Below are positions 63,151 to 64,000 of a stretch of DNA of 64,000 bases, piece after piece. Made by a program: the position numbers and the translations under genes. The DNA is from an uncultured delta proteobacterium (GTDB taxonomy: Bacteria; Myxococcota_A; Polyangia; Polyangiales; B10-G4). The stretch spans positions 512,001 to 576,000 of the forward strand of contig CAVSGI010000010.1 of the NCBI GenBank assembly GCA_963727445.1, in the 5' to 3' direction. Each line of letters starts with the position of its first letter. The first letter of the stretch is position 1. The notes beneath the pieces were generated by a model. The model had not been told where the DNA came from and did not search any database. It was given only the letters and a program-made list of their open reading frames with translations.

Positions 63151-64000
63151 CTAGGCGCCGGACCACCAGATCGACTCGAGCTCGTCGACCAGGGTGCGGA
63201 TCAGCGTGCGCGGCGAGCGGTGCTCGCGGCTGAGGCGGGCGCGGTGCATGGGCCAGTCGGGGATGTCGACGGGACCGCGCACCGAACGATGGGTCCTCAG
63301 GACCTTGTCGGCGAGCTCCTCGCGCTGGCTTCGGGTCAGCGCCGGCACGTCCTCGGGCTTGAGCTGCCTGAGGCGGCGGCGGAAGAGGTCCACGTCCTCG
63401 ATGTCGAGGGTCGAAGCCATCTCGTCCGCTTCGTTCAACAGGCGGCTCGCCTCCTCGCCCAGCTCTTCGAAGGCGGGCGGGGTCATGGCCATCACCACCG
63501 CGGCGCCGGGGATCGCGCCGCCACAGTAGAAGGAGAGCGAACGCAGCGCGGTCCGCCGCACGGACCAGGGCAGGCCGCTGGTGTAGAGGTTCTCCGCCTC
63601 GTCGATGAGGATCACCGCGCCCTGGCAGCCCTCGAGGCGGCCGAGGAGCTCCACCCAGAGGAGGATCCGCCGGTAGGCGTCGCGCCGATAGCTGGTGCCG
63701 TTCTTGTCTTCGAGATCCTGCCCCGAGAGATACACCTCGAGCGCGGCGCCCGGGTCGGCGGCCTCCTCCGCGGTGCGCAATGCCTTCTGGGCGCCGGCGG
63801 CCTCCTCGGAGTCGCCCTCGGCGATCTCCTCGAGCTCCGCCATCAGCGCCCGGAGCTTGCGCGGGTTGCGGGTCCAGATGCTGGCGCGCTCGAGGGCGCT
63901 CGGCCGCCTGCGGATCGGCAGCACCGAATGCTCGAGGAGCCGCGACAGATGCCGCGCGGGATTGCCGAGGTCGAGGTTCATGCGCTCGAGGTTCAACCAG
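63151..64000 (-). CDS. BrxD/DUF2791-like P-loop ATPase, 5' end outside window
   Basis: GAVILIDEAENLY Walker-B region, AMTP, C-terminal PRTLIRTLVDELE; Walker A not in window. Confidence 0.55.
   Translation of the reverse strand, partial: WLNLERMNLDLGNPARHLSRLLEHSVLPIRRRPSALERASIWTRNPRKLRALMAELEEIAEGDSEEAAGAQKALRTAEEAADPGAALEVYLSGQDLEDKNGTSYRRDAYRRILLWVELLGRLEGCQGAVILIDEAENLYTSGLPWSVRRTALRSLSFYCGGAIPGAAVVMAMTPPAFEELGEEASRLLNEADEMASTLDIEDVDLFRRRLRQLKPEDVPALTRSQREELADKVLRTHRSVRGPVDIPDWPMHRARLSREHRSPRTLIRTLVDELESIWWSGA

Noticed and set aside
63151..64000. Calling a complete BREX system
   Set aside because: No pglX, pglZ, pglW or brxC/pglY is visible in the window; only a partial ATPase

Overview
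GC-rich (roughly 70% by eye) bacterial chromosomal segment whose gene content points to a myxobacterium, probably Polyangiales/Sandaracinaceae-like. This placement is inferred from five Hanks-type Ser/Thr kinases plus a pseudokinase, MYXO-CTERM tails, many Cys-rich lipoproteins, a TPR/PEGA protein and a DUF1552 protein. About 50 CDS are supportable, one intact-looking IS630-family element (33200-34412) lies against a 5 x 107-bp palindromic tandem array, and there are several sigma54-like promoters. No rRNA, tRNA or CRISPR was seen. Main observations: (1) four unrelated genes are broken by the same +1 change GATC->GATTC, most likely a basecalling footprint of a DNA modification at GATC; (2) a right-edge gene string links a BrxD/DUF2791-like ATPase, a BpsA-like aminopropyltransferase and a SAM methyltransferase, with a eukaryote-type AdoMet decarboxylase elsewhere in the window; (3) a receptor Ser/Thr kinase and the adjacent lipoprotein share an unrecognised Cys-patterned helical domain; (4) two large c-type heme lipoproteins form a putative sigma54-driven operon. 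All family assignments come from motif recognition, not database searches.
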